64,000 nucleotides of DNA from Bacillota bacterium (GTDB taxonomy: Bacteria; Bacillota; Dethiobacteria; Dethiobacterales; Dethiobacteraceae). Under the pieces are notes generated by a model. The model was not told the DNA's origin and searched no databases. It worked only from the letters and a program-made list of their open reading frames with translations. How positions within the stretch are numbered: position 1 is the stretch's first letter; the number at the start of each line of letters is the position of its first letter. The position numbers and the translations under genes were made by a program. This document shows, piece by piece, positions 26,823 to 36,400 of the stretch. The DNA lies in the NCBI GenBank assembly GCA_012523945.1, contig JAAYSO010000105.1, forward strand, positions 10,072 to 74,071. Reading direction: 5' to 3'.

Positions 26823-29168
26823 CTAAACTCCAAACAACAAATTTAAAACTTTGTCACCGGCTTTACGGTTTGTACCCCGATAGGGATAACAGTGAATATG
26901 AATGGCCGGATTGAAATTGAGTTCAATGATGGTGGCGTTATGTTCATTTTGCGGCACATTGATATCTTCTATCATCATATCAATACCGGTGATAACTGCA
27001 CCGACACTTCTGGCTGCTTTAAGAGCCAGTTCTTTATAGCTCTCATGAATCAGGTCAGTGTAATCCAGACTGTCGCCGCCGGTACTGATATTTGAATTTT
27101 CCCTTAAATAAACAATTTCATTTTCCCTGGGGATATAATTAAAATCTTTGCCCTGCGCTTTCAGGAAATCTGCTTCCGTTGTGCCCAGGTTTATTTTTTC
27201 CAGCGGAGTACGGTGCCCCTTTCCACGTAAGGGATCTTTATTTTTTTCCGCCACCAGTTGGCGGATGGTGCTTTTACCGTCCCCCACCACATTGGCCGGT
27301 ACCCTTAACAGTACACCCACCACTTCAGCGCCCATGACCAAAAAGCGATATTCCTTCCCCTGGACAAATTCTTCAACCAGGATGGTATCATCATGAGAAA
27401 AAGCAAATTCTACGGCTTTGCGGTAGTCTTCTTCCGTAAAGAAGGGTTCCTTGAAAATAGTAATGCCAAGACCAAAATTAGTGGATTTCGGTTTAATGAC
27501 AATTTTTTGGTCCCGGAATTGCTTATATGCCGCCAATGCCGCTTCCGGCTGTTCATAAACTTCTCCCCGGGGAACTTTAATCCCGTTTTCTTTCAGGACT
27601 TCTTTTGTCACTACTTTGTTTTCCATTACTAAAACAGTACTATAATTATCCAGGGAAGTTTTTGTGGCTTGTTTAACATACTCAACTTTTTGCCCTCTAC
27701 TTAAACGCAAAAAGTTTTCCTTCCGGTCAAGAACGGTAAACTGTACTCCCTTTTTGACAGCAGAAGCCATTAAGATTTGTGTTGACAATTCCATGTCTTC
27801 ATAGCCCAGCATCCTGCCGCCCAAAGCTTGGCTTTGGGCCAGGTATGCTTTGGCTTTTTCCAGATGAAAGCCAATATAAGTCTTTTCTTTGGCTTCCCGG
27901 ATAATGGCGGCGGCATATGTTTTTTCCGGATTTAAAACTTTCTCTTTCGCCGCAGCAATAATACCGGAATAAAAATCTTTCTCATAACCCAGCATTTGAA
28001 TCAGATTTTCAATTTCCTCTAAAACAGAAATTGCATGCTGGCGGAAAGGTACCAGTTCACCGTCATCATTAAAAATGCTGCCGGATTTATGCATACCGCA
28101 GACATTGGCCAGGTTATGGTTTATATCAGCCAGTTCCTGCAGTTCTTTCGTAAAAACAAAATCTTTTTTAAATAAAGCGTAAAGAAGAAAAAGATGAATC
28201 AGGTAGAGATCTTTCATGGCAATGCCATATTGATCAAAGGGGTTAAGATCAAAAATACGCAGCTCAATATAGCTTACGCCTTCTGTTTTTAATAAATCAA
28301 GCTTGCCGGGCCTCCTCCCTACTTTTAAACGTACAGGGCAGTAGAATTCCCGGGCGTCATATATTTTCCCCTGCTCAATTAAGGCTTCAATGCCCTGAAT
28401 ATAGGCCTCAATACTTTCATAATTAACATAGAAATCTTCTGTATTTTTGTAACCGGCTCTGCTGTTTCTAATTGAGATTAGGCGGGGACAATAATAACTT
28501 TCCGCATCGACTTTTTTGCAAAAACCCTTGTAATCGTCAGTAAAAGTTTCATGAATAACAGGACCGGCTCCCGTGAGATAGAGCAAAAGCCAGCGGTGCT
28601 TTAAATAATTTTTGGCTACTTTTAAATAAATCTCATTTTTAAATTCAGTAAAGGATTGCCCCTGGTTAAACTTTGCATACAAAATTTCCAGGAATTTTTC
28701 ACTAAAAGAGAAATTATAATGGATGCCGGAGAGCAATTGTTTCTTTTTCCCGTATTTTTTTGCCAGTATTGCCCGGTACTGATTCTGATCGGCGCCTTCC
28801 GGGCCGAAATCTGCCACTTTGATTTCCTCTTCCGAGGGCAGAATAGGGGGATTACTTTGCGGCCACAAATACTCCCCCTTTAAGGACACAGCAATAATAG
28901 TCTGCAAATTACCTAAAAAATTATATACTTCAGGGATACTGCTGCAAACAGGTGTAATCATTTCGATTTGGCTTTCGGCAAAATCAGTAGTTATGTACGG
29001 ATGATTCAACTTATGGCCCAGTTCTTCAGGATGCGGCGTTAACGCCAGTTTGCCTTCCGCATCAACCCTTAAATTTTCTTTTTCCAGACCGAATTCTCCC
29101 TGAAAAACATGATGTGCGAGCCGGTTTGTCCTTATATATGCAAGCAGTTTTTCATCAAATCTCTTCAC
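26823..29168 (-). CDS. gshF: Bifunctional glutamate-cysteine ligase / glutathione synthetase (GshF/GshAB)
   Basis: 781 aa with a GTG start. N-terminal GCL part is FGLEKENLRVD...HPYITTDFAESQIEMITP. The C-terminus is an ATP-grasp domain (...VIKPKSTNFGLGI...IELNFNPAI). Confidence 0.9.
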   Translation of the reverse strand: MKRFDEKLLAYIRTNRLAHHVFQGEFGLEKENLRVDAEGKLALTPHPEELGHKLNHPYITTDFAESQIEMITPVCSSIPEVYNFLGNLQTIIAVSLKGEYLWPQSNPPILPSEEEIKVADFGPEGADQNQYRAILAKKYGKKKQLLSGIHYNFSFSEKFLEILYAKFNQGQSFTEFKNEIYLKVAKNYLKHRWLLLYLTGAGPVIHETFTDDYKGFCKKVDAESYYCPRLISIRNSRAGYKNTEDFYVNYESIEAYIQGIEALIEQGKIYDAREFYCPVRLKVGRRPGKLDLLKTEGVSYIELRIFDLNPFDQYGIAMKDLYLIHLFLLYALFKKDFVFTKELQELADINHNLANVCGMHKSGSIFNDDGELVPFRQHAISVLEEIENLIQMLGYEKDFYSGIIAAAKEKVLNPEKTYAAAIIREAKEKTYIGFHLEKAKAYLAQSQALGGRMLGYEDMELSTQILMASAVKKGVQFTVLDRKENFLRLSRGQKVEYVKQATKTSLDNYSTVLVMENKVVTKEVLKENGIKVPRGEVYEQPEAALAAYKQFRDQKIVIKPKSTNFGLGITIFKEPFFTEEDYRKAVEFAFSHDDTILVEEFVQGKEYRFLVMGAEVVGVLLRVPANVVGDGKSTIRQLVAEKNKDPLRGKGHRTPLEKINLGTTEADFLKAQGKDFNYIPRENEIVYLRENSNISTGGDSLDYTDLIHESYKELALKAARSVGAVITGIDMMIEDINVPQNEHNATIIELNFNPAIHIHCYPYRGTNRKAGDKVLNLLFGV

Positions 29169-29252
29169 ATAAACACCTCGGCATAAGTTTTCTGCAAATT
29201 ACTATCTTTTATCGTATCACACATAAAATAACTATGCCATATGCAAAAAGCT

Positions 29253-29987
29253 TTAAGGCTGCCATTCCAGGACTTTATTGAGAAAAGCTTGCAGAGCTTT
29301 AGTTTGCGGCTCGGTAAAAATTTGCCTGCTGTCTCCGCTTTCCACAACTGTGCCGTCAGCAACAAAAACAACTTTTTCACAGGCTTTTTTGGCAAAACCC
29401 ATTTCGTGGGTGACAATAATTGTCTTTAACCCCCCAGCCTGTAGTTCACCCAGCATATCCAAAACCTCGGCCGTCAGCTCCGGATCTAAAGCGGAGGTGG
29501 GTTCATCCAAGAGGAGCAATTTCGGTTTAATAGCCATGGCCCGGGCGATTTGTATGCGTTGCTGTTGCCCGCCGGACAATTGATGCGGGTATTTATGGCC
29601 TTCCTCTTCCAAGCCAAAACGTGCAAACAATTCCCTTGCTCTTTCCGCCGCTTCAGCTTTATCCAGCTGAAAACTATGAATCAGAGGTAGCATCACATTC
29701 TCCAGAGCGGTGAGATGCTCAAAAAGCCCTTTTGTCTGAAACACAAAACCGATTGTGCGGCGGTGAGCCAGGAGCTCTTTTTCACTAAAACTTACTTTTA
29801 TGCCGTCAAGGTAAAGATCTCCGGACGTAGGCGGTAAAAGCCCGCCGATGATACGCAGTAAAGTTGATTTACCGGCACCGGAAGGACCGATCACAGCCAA
29901 AGCGTTAAAGTCGTCCTCATAACAAACATTTTTTAATACGGTTTTCCCGGCAAAACTTTTACAAATCTTATCCAGCACTATTTTCAT
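29253..29987 (-). CDS. Polar amino-acid ABC transporter ATP-binding protein
   Basis: 244 aa. Walker A GPSGAGKST, signature LSGGQQQR, Walker B LLLDEPTSALD. Its start overlaps the permease 3' end. Confidence 0.9.
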   Translation of the reverse strand: MKIVLDKICKSFAGKTVLKNVCYEDDFNALAVIGPSGAGKSTLLRIIGGLLPPTSGDLYLDGIKVSFSEKELLAHRRTIGFVFQTKGLFEHLTALENVMLPLIHSFQLDKAEAAERARELFARFGLEEEGHKYPHQLSGGQQQRIQIARAMAIKPKLLLLDEPTSALDPELTAEVLDMLGELQAGGLKTIIVTHEMGFAKKACEKVVFVADGTVVESGDSRQIFTEPQTKALQAFLNKVLEWQP

Positions 29988-30732
29988 GTTTGTACATCCT
30001 CTCTAGGTGGCGGGTAATGAGGGAAACGGCAAAAGTCATGACAAAGTATAACAGACCTAAAAAGAAATAATTTTCAAACAGCCGGTAATTATCTGCCGAA
30101 ATTTCCTGGGTAATTTGCGTTAATTCCGGGATGGCAATGACAGATAAAAGCGAAGAATCTTTAATGATGGAAGCAAACTGGCCCGTTAGTGCCGGCAGGA
30201 TCCTGGCCATCAACAGCGGAAATGTCACCAAACGAAATGTCTTAGCCGGGGTTAAACCTACTGCCTTGGCCAGCTCAAACTGGCTCTCATCAATACTTTC
30301 CAGGCCTCCACGGATTATTTCCGCAATATAGGCGCCTTCAAAAAGCGAAAGAATTAAAACTCCGGCCAGATAACGGTTATCTACGCCCCAGGCTGTACCG
30401 ATAATATAAAAGAAAAAGAAAATCTGTACCAAGAGCGGCGTGCCGCGAATAATTTGAATATATATTTTTGCCAGGTAGGATAACACTAAAAATCTGGATT
30501 TCTGCGCCATGGCGGCTACAGAGCCTAGCAACAGGCTCACCAAAAGACTGGCAAAAGCCATGATTAACGTCATTTTAAAGCCTTGCCATAAACGATACTT
30601 GTACGCCCACAGCGTGCTAAAATCCAGGCGGTGATTGATCCGTACCAAAGAAATCCAGACAAAACCCACCAGGATCACCGTAACCAACACAACGCTGATG
30701 CTTTTGTAAAAAAGTGCAGGTGATTTTTTCAT
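29968..30732 (-). CDS. Polar amino-acid ABC transporter permease (HisMQ family)
   Basis: 254 aa with multiple TM helices. Carries the EAA-like loop ESIDESQFELAKAVGLTPAKTFRLVTFP. Confidence 0.85.
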   Translation of the reverse strand: MKKSPALFYKSISVVLVTVILVGFVWISLVRINHRLDFSTLWAYKYRLWQGFKMTLIMAFASLLVSLLLGSVAAMAQKSRFLVLSYLAKIYIQIIRGTPLLVQIFFFFYIIGTAWGVDNRYLAGVLILSLFEGAYIAEIIRGGLESIDESQFELAKAVGLTPAKTFRLVTFPLLMARILPALTGQFASIIKDSSLLSVIAIPELTQITQEISADNYRLFENYFFLGLLYFVMTFAVSLITRHLERMYKHENSAG

Positions 30733-30743
30733 CTTTTCCTCAT

Positions 30744-31532
30744 CTATTCAAAAAACCAGGGAAAACCTAAAGCATCAAATGTTTTCTTTTCCTCGGCCAA
30801 AAATTGCTCCGTCAGTTTTTCAAAACCACCAGCCGCTCGGAAATCCTTGATAAAGGCGTTTATTTGTTCAAGCAACTCTTTGTTGCCTTTTTTTATCGCC
30901 ATGCCCCATTTTTCACTTTCCTGAAAGGGAATCAGTACTGCCCTGGTGGTCTCGGGATTGGCTTGATTTTGCCGGTAAATAGTCAGTTGGTCGTAAATAA
31001 AGGCATCAGCCTTGCCCTGGATAACTTCCGTCACACAGGCACTTTCCGAAGACAAAGCGTTTATGGTGGCATTTGTCAGGTGGTTTTGGGCATAAACGTG
31101 TCCGGTGGTACCTTTTTTCACGGCAATAATTCTTTCCGGTTGATTTAAATCTTCTGCTTTTTCCACAGGCGATTCTCTATTAACCAGCAAAGCCAGGTAA
31201 GCATGGGCATAGGGCTCGGAAAAATCAACGGTTTTTGCCCGCTCCTCCGTAATAGTCATGGAGGAAATCACCACATCTACACGCTCTGTTTCCAAAGAAG
31301 GGATCAAACCGTCCCAGTTAATATTTTCAATACGCACAGGTTTACCCAGGTATTCTCCCAACGCTTCGGCCAAAGCCACACTGACTCCATAAGGCTCACC
31401 CCGCTCGTCCTTTGTTTCAAAGGGCGGATAAGCAAGTTCCATTCCCACCACCAGTTCATCTTTTTCTGCAGAACAACCGCTAAACACTGCTGCCAACAGC
31501 ACTACAAGCAGCACAGCAAGGATTTTTTTCAT
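30744..31532 (-). CDS. Amino-acid ABC transporter substrate-binding lipoprotein
   Basis: 262 aa. Lipobox AAVFSGC. SBP_bac_3-like sequence LVVGMELAYPPFE...DVVISSMTITEERAK. RBS GGGAGGAG. Confidence 0.85.
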   Translation of the reverse strand: MKKILAVLLVVLLAAVFSGCSAEKDELVVGMELAYPPFETKDERGEPYGVSVALAEALGEYLGKPVRIENINWDGLIPSLETERVDVVISSMTITEERAKTVDFSEPYAHAYLALLVNRESPVEKAEDLNQPERIIAVKKGTTGHVYAQNHLTNATINALSSESACVTEVIQGKADAFIYDQLTIYRQNQANPETTRAVLIPFQESEKWGMAIKKGNKELLEQINAFIKDFRAAGGFEKLTEQFLAEEKKTFDALGFPWFFE

Positions 31533-31623
31533 GACGCTCCTCCCATCAATAATTTGTCAAAAAGGTTTAACTTTAATATTTTGGCAAAACCTCTTTTATT
31601 TCCTGCTTTTTTTGCTTCATTCA

Positions 31624-31652
31624 TTGGCCTTACCACAAATTTACGTTATAAT
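31624..31652 (+). promoter_or_regulatory. Sigma-A-type promoter upstream of the moxR-like operon
   Basis: TTGGCC, 17 nt, TATAAT. It ends 60 nt before the ATG at 31712. Confidence 0.45.
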
Positions 31653-31711
31653 CATTACATACGCAAGACAGATCTTGATGCAGGAATAACGAAAAGCTTG
31701 GAGGTAGCCGG

Positions 31712-32653
31712 ATGGACAAAATTGCGAATATTCTCAAACATACAAAAAAAGCTTTTATCGGCAAAGAGGAAATTATCGCCAAATTACTGACGGGAATTTT
31801 TAGCGGCGGACATATTTTAATTGAAGATGTTCCGGGCGTAGGTAAAACCACTTTGGCACAGGCAATTGCCAAAACATTAGGCTGTACCTTTGCCCGGATT
31901 CAGTTTACACCTGATTTAATGCCTGCCGATGTCATTGGTATATCCGTGTATGAGCAGCAAACAGGACAGTTTGTTTACCGCCCCGGGCCCATTATGCATC
32001 AAGTTATACTGGCTGATGAAATCAACAGAACTTCCCCCCGGACACAAGCCAGTTTGCTGGAAGCCATGGCTGAAGGCCAGGTGACGGTGGACGGTAAGAC
32101 CTACTCTTTACCATCGCCTTTTATCGTTTTGGCCACACAGAACCCGGTGGAGTATGAAGGAACCTACCCCCTGCCGGAAGCCCAACTTGACCGTTTTATG
32201 TTGCGCATTTCCCTGGGCTACCCGGACTTTGAGGCGGAAAAAACCATTCTTAAAATACCGGCTGACAAAAAAGAACTCCTCAATTTGGAAGCTGTGATTA
32301 CCCCGCAGGAGCTTTTGGAGATGCAAAAAGCAGCAGCAACAATTTATATGACTGACTCCCTGGAGGATTATATTGTGCAACTAACCAGGGCTACAAGGGA
32401 GCACGGCGATATCATGCTGGGTGTCAGTCCCCGCGGTGCCCAGCATCTCTACCGGGCTGCCAAAGCTTTAGCCTATATTAAGCAAAGAGATTATGTACTG
32501 CCGGATGATATCAAAGATATTGTAGTCCCTGTTTTTGCCCACAGGCTTGTTATCAGACCTGAAGCCCTGTTAAGAGGTAGGAATGCAGAAGAAATACTGC
32601 AGGAAATCCTTAACGATACATATGTACCGGTGGTTCCAGATGGTAAAGCATAA
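31712..32653 (+). CDS. MoxR-family AAA+ ATPase
   Basis: 313 aa. Walker A DVPGVGKTT, Walker B ILADEINR, and LATQNPVEYEGTYPLPEAQLDRF, which is typical of MoxR. RBS GGAGG. Confidence 0.9.
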   Translation: MDKIANILKHTKKAFIGKEEIIAKLLTGIFSGGHILIEDVPGVGKTTLAQAIAKTLGCTFARIQFTPDLMPADVIGISVYEQQTGQFVYRPGPIMHQVILADEINRTSPRTQASLLEAMAEGQVTVDGKTYSLPSPFIVLATQNPVEYEGTYPLPEAQLDRFMLRISLGYPDFEAEKTILKIPADKKELLNLEAVITPQELLEMQKAAATIYMTDSLEDYIVQLTRATREHGDIMLGVSPRGAQHLYRAAKALAYIKQRDYVLPDDIKDIVVPVFAHRLVIRPEALLRGRNAEEILQEILNDTYVPVVPDGKA

Positions 32654-33806
32654 GCACGGAAAACTGTTATTGGCTGCCCTGATTTTTACCTTTTTAGCTG
32701 CTTTACTGGCCGGCGGCCGCTTTCCCTATATGTTTTTATACCTTCTTTTCTTTGCCGTTGCCGTTCCTTATTGGCGCCTGAAAAGAAGCCTGGCGTCACT
32801 TACCGGCGAAATCACAGTCTCTGAGCGTACGCGGGAAGTGGGCCAGTCCTTTTCCGTCACTTATAGGATCATTAATTCAGAAAAGGGCCATTTCCCCTAC
32901 CTGGAATTGGCCAATACCCTGGAGGAATTTACGGAAGATACCCGCTACGTTTATGTACGCCCCGGGGGTGTAAAAGAAGTCAGCAAAAAAATTGTCTGTA
33001 AACGCCGGGGTGTTTATGATCTTAAAGCACTGACGGTAAAAACAGGCGATCCTTTTGGTTTTTTTCAACTGGAAAAACCATTGGCAGACGGCGGAGAAGT
33101 AAAAGTTTATCCCCGCATCCGTACTTTTTCAGAAATTATCTTGCCCACTTATCAACAGCTGGGGGATCAAAGAAGAAAAAATGCAATTTTTGCAGATTAC
33201 AGCCGGCTGGAAAAACTGCGTGAGTGGCAAACAGGCGACAGCCTGAAAAAAATTCATTGGAAACAGACTGCCAAACAAAATAAAATCATAGTTAAAGATT
33301 TTACTAGAACGGCAGACGCCAATTTAACTATTTTTATTGATATGCACCGGGAGAGTTACCTGCATGACAGGCAGCACCAATTGGAGGATTTGGCGGTGGA
33401 ATTGGCTGCTTCCATCATTTTTTACCGTCTCCAGGCCAACCATTCCCTGCAAGTATTCACCGGACCCAAGCAGTCCTCTCCCCTTTTGGGAAAAAAGCCC
33501 TCCGATTATGAACCGCTAATGGATCATATTATCAGGCTTGAACCAAAAGCAAAAGGCTCTTTTTTCCGCAGCCTGCGCACCCAAAGTTATTTCCTGCTTC
33601 CCAATACTTCCATTTATGTGCTCACACCTTCCCTGACACTGACTGATGCAGATGTGCTTTTATATTTAAAGCGCAAAGGGTATTCTCTGGTGTTATTTTA
33701 CTTAAGCAGAAGTCACATCCAGGCTGATATTGAACAGATCTTAAAGCGTATCAGGGAAGCAGGCATCAACGTAAACATTTTGCACGCCGAAAGGGAAGAT
33801 GAATAA
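32640..33806 (+). CDS. DUF58-family protein (MoxR partner)
   Basis: Two N-terminal TM helices. The conserved segment REWQTGDSLKKIHWKQTAK is typical of DUF58. I prefer the ATG at 32640 over the ORF-track start at 32583, which would overlap moxR by 71 nt. The start remains uncertain. Confidence 0.75.
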   Translation: MVKHKHGKLLLAALIFTFLAALLAGGRFPYMFLYLLFFAVAVPYWRLKRSLASLTGEITVSERTREVGQSFSVTYRIINSEKGHFPYLELANTLEEFTEDTRYVYVRPGGVKEVSKKIVCKRRGVYDLKALTVKTGDPFGFFQLEKPLADGGEVKVYPRIRTFSEIILPTYQQLGDQRRKNAIFADYSRLEKLREWQTGDSLKKIHWKQTAKQNKIIVKDFTRTADANLTIFIDMHRESYLHDRQHQLEDLAVELAASIIFYRLQANHSLQVFTGPKQSSPLLGKKPSDYEPLMDHIIRLEPKAKGSFFRSLRTQSYFLLPNTSIYVLTPSLTLTDADVLLYLKRKGYSLVLFYLSRSHIQADIEQILKRIREAGINVNILHAEREDE

Positions 33807-36058
33807 TGCCTGTAATGGATTACCGGCGCAAATTTATCTATTTGGCTGTCATCTGGTTAAGCATGTCCTTTAGCACTCCTTTAACTCATGCCTTCGGTTT
33901 TACTGCGCAAAGTTTTTTCCTGCGCTTATTAATTACTACGGGCTTTTTGGCTTTGCTTCATTTCTACGAAGCCTACCCCCTGTTACCCAGCATCTTTTTA
34001 GGCACACTGGCGGCGGCAGCAGTTTTGCTCCGGTTATTTTTTCCCGTCCTTTTTATAAAAATTAAAACAGCATTACTTTTATATACGGCAGAACATGGTA
34101 CCATTCTTTTCCTGCTCATGGTGGCAGCTATAACTTTACTTTTTTGGTTTTTACTCACAAAAGTAAAAAAACATTTGTTTTGGCTGTTTTTACTGGGAAT
34201 TGGTGCTTTTATTCCCCTCTGGTACATGTATATTGATTCGGCCTATTCAGGTGCTGTTTCCTATGCTTTATGCTGGTTTTTATTATTAAGTTATCAAACA
34301 GGGGGCAAATATTGGCATAAGTTGTCCGGTTTTGAGCTGCAGGAACTGCGCAACGGCTGGATCAACTACACCACCTGGATACTTTTCTACATGCTGGTCT
34401 TTGCCCTGATCCTGCCTAAAAAACTGCCGCCCTTACACTGGGAAGCTTTACAAAACTGGGCCGACAGTACTTTCCCTTTTCTGGCTGAGCTAAGGGGCGG
34501 GGAAGTCCGCAATCTCAGAGGAACAGGCAGCATGTTTGAAATTTTTTCCCTGGGCTTTGGTGATGAGGAAAGCCTGGGCGGCCCGCTCAAACAGGATAAA
34601 ACCGTCTTAATGGAAATTACCGGCCGGGCAGCCGGACAATATTTGCGGGGCAGCGTGAAAAAAATCTATACCGGCACTAGCTGGCTCACAGCCCCGGAGG
34701 AAGAAATCTGGGAACCGGATGTAATAACTGCTACAGTTAAGCCTTATCTCAGACCTGTCACCCTGGAAATTACCCATAAACGCCTGAAAACTAATACAGT
34801 CTTTTCCCCACTTTATACTACAAACCTGAAAAACTTTACCGTACCTGTTTACCAGACAGACGGCAATGCCGTTTTCATCCGCGAAGAAATTCCTTTAAAC
34901 AGAACTTATGTGGTTGAGGGGATGGTTTACCGCTCCCGTGGTGATTTTTCCGCCATGGAAAAAGGTCAACACGGGTCTGAACTTGATTCATTTTTGCTTT
35001 TACCGGAAAACCTGCCGGAAAGGATAAGGGAAGTGGCAGAGGAAGTAACGGCAAATAAAGACGGGTATTATGCCAAAATGAAAGCTTTGGAAAATTATTT
35101 GCGCACTTCCTTAACCTACGATCTTAACCCCTCCCCGCTACCGGAAGGACAGGATTTTGTTGATTACTTTCTTTTTGCAGATAAACGCGGGTATTGTACA
35201 GCTTTTGCCTCCGCCCTGGCAGTCATGGGCAGGGCTGTAGGAGTACCCACACGTTATGTGCAAGGTTTTAAAATGCCGGAAGCTACAGATACTAAAGGTA
35301 TCTTTCACATTGCCGGTACCAATGCCCACGCCTGGGTAGAAGCTTATATCCCCAATATCGGCTGGATGATCTTTGAGGCTACACCCGTATTTCCCACCAT
35401 GGATTCCCTGCCGGCAGCCGCACCCATCTATTCCGGTGATGTAACACAAGATCTTACTCCCACACCAAAAGAGCCCGGTTTCAGCACAAATGATATGCCG
35501 CCTGAACCCGGCAGACAGGCTGCGCCGTATTTGCGCTATTTTGGCATTTTCTTTTCTGCTTTGCTAGTCTCTTTCCTGCTGTTCTTTACCTTTATTATTT
35601 TCCGGCGCCGCCGGCAGCTGAAACAGATGTTTGCCGATTTGGAAAAACAGCCACCGCGCCTGCAGGCTGCTGCTTACTATAACTTAACCCTGCCTCTTTT
35701 GGCGGCCATCAATCTAGGCAAAATCCCCGGCGAAACGCCGCTGGAATACAGCCGGCGTATCAACCGGCAGGTTTCCGACTGGAAGCAGGATTTCCAAGAA
35801 TTATCACAAGCATTAAACCAAACTCTCTACAGCAGGGAAGGAGAAACACCTGCAGAGTTGGTGCACGAAATGAAAGCATTCTTTGACGTGATCTTAAGGA
35901 AATATATTGTGTCTGCAGGCAAATTTGCCGCCTTTTGGGCAATTTATGTACAGAAAAAATATTTGTTTCATCCCTTTGCAAGTCCTCACTATGAGACTTT
36001 TTTTGCCCGACTTAAAAAATTTTGGCACAGGCTCTCCGGCCGGTTTTTGACTTTTTAA
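33806..36058 (+). CDS. Polytopic membrane transglutaminase-like protein
   Basis: 750 aa. About 6 N-terminal TM helices. Transglutaminase core GYCTAFASALAVMGRAVGVPTRYVQGF...GTNAHAWVEAY...FEATP (Cys-His-Asp/Glu arrangement). One more TM helix, then a C-terminal tail. TAATG overlap with the DUF58 gene. Confidence 0.8.
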   Translation: MPVMDYRRKFIYLAVIWLSMSFSTPLTHAFGFTAQSFFLRLLITTGFLALLHFYEAYPLLPSIFLGTLAAAAVLLRLFFPVLFIKIKTALLLYTAEHGTILFLLMVAAITLLFWFLLTKVKKHLFWLFLLGIGAFIPLWYMYIDSAYSGAVSYALCWFLLLSYQTGGKYWHKLSGFELQELRNGWINYTTWILFYMLVFALILPKKLPPLHWEALQNWADSTFPFLAELRGGEVRNLRGTGSMFEIFSLGFGDEESLGGPLKQDKTVLMEITGRAAGQYLRGSVKKIYTGTSWLTAPEEEIWEPDVITATVKPYLRPVTLEITHKRLKTNTVFSPLYTTNLKNFTVPVYQTDGNAVFIREEIPLNRTYVVEGMVYRSRGDFSAMEKGQHGSELDSFLLLPENLPERIREVAEEVTANKDGYYAKMKALENYLRTSLTYDLNPSPLPEGQDFVDYFLFADKRGYCTAFASALAVMGRAVGVPTRYVQGFKMPEATDTKGIFHIAGTNAHAWVEAYIPNIGWMIFEATPVFPTMDSLPAAAPIYSGDVTQDLTPTPKEPGFSTNDMPPEPGRQAAPYLRYFGIFFSALLVSFLLFFTFIIFRRRRQLKQMFADLEKQPPRLQAAAYYNLTLPLLAAINLGKIPGETPLEYSRRINRQVSDWKQDFQELSQALNQTLYSREGETPAELVHEMKAFFDVILRKYIVSAGKFAAFWAIYVQKKYLFHPFASPHYETFFARLKKFWHRLSGRFLTF

Positions 36059-36160
36059 TCATCTTTTCCTATATTCCAACGCTATTTTCTTATATAATGT
36101 AATGGATAAATACGGAGGCATTACCAAAGCGGGAACAAAAGTGGCAGAAAAACGTCAAAA

Positions 36161-36340
36161 CCAAGAAAGACGCTAAGACGCTTTGTTAATTGTTAATTTT
36201 TTAATATTGCGTCTTTCTTGTCCTTTAGGGGTTGCCACCCCTTCGGCGGACCGGCGGTCCTGACCACCCCGCAAGCTTAAGGGGAGAATCCCCCTTAAAA
36301 GCCCCCAGCGGATAAAGTTCCGCTAAAAAAGACGCTTTGC
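36161..36340 (+). other. Unclassified GC-rich hairpin cluster flanked by AGACGC-containing repeats (candidate structured RNA or small inserted element)
   Basis: 12-bp stem caagaaagacgc (36161-36172) / gcgtctttcttg (36208-36219). Hairpins aggggt-tgcc-acccct, ggacc-ggc-ggtcc, gggga-gaa-tcccc, gcgga-taaagt-tccgc. 11-bp direct repeat aagacgctttg at 36174 and 36328. Confidence 0.3.
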
Positions 36341-36400
36341 GTTCTTTATTTCCTGGAAAGGGACAAACTATGCTTTTAGTAGCAACTGGGAGGGAGCAAG

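Noticed and set aside
31203-31790. 195-aa plus-strand ORF spanning the binding-protein gene and the moxR upstream region
   Set aside because: It is antisense to a well-supported lipoprotein gene and runs through the predicted moxR promoter. It has no family resemblance and no RBS.
36326-36346. ACGCAAAGC on the minus strand, reminiscent of the c-di-GMP-I (GEMM) riboswitch core
   Set aside because: It is on the wrong strand for the only downstream gene. The other GEMM elements (GGCAAAC, tetraloop/receptor arrangement) are not present. A short match like this is likely chance.
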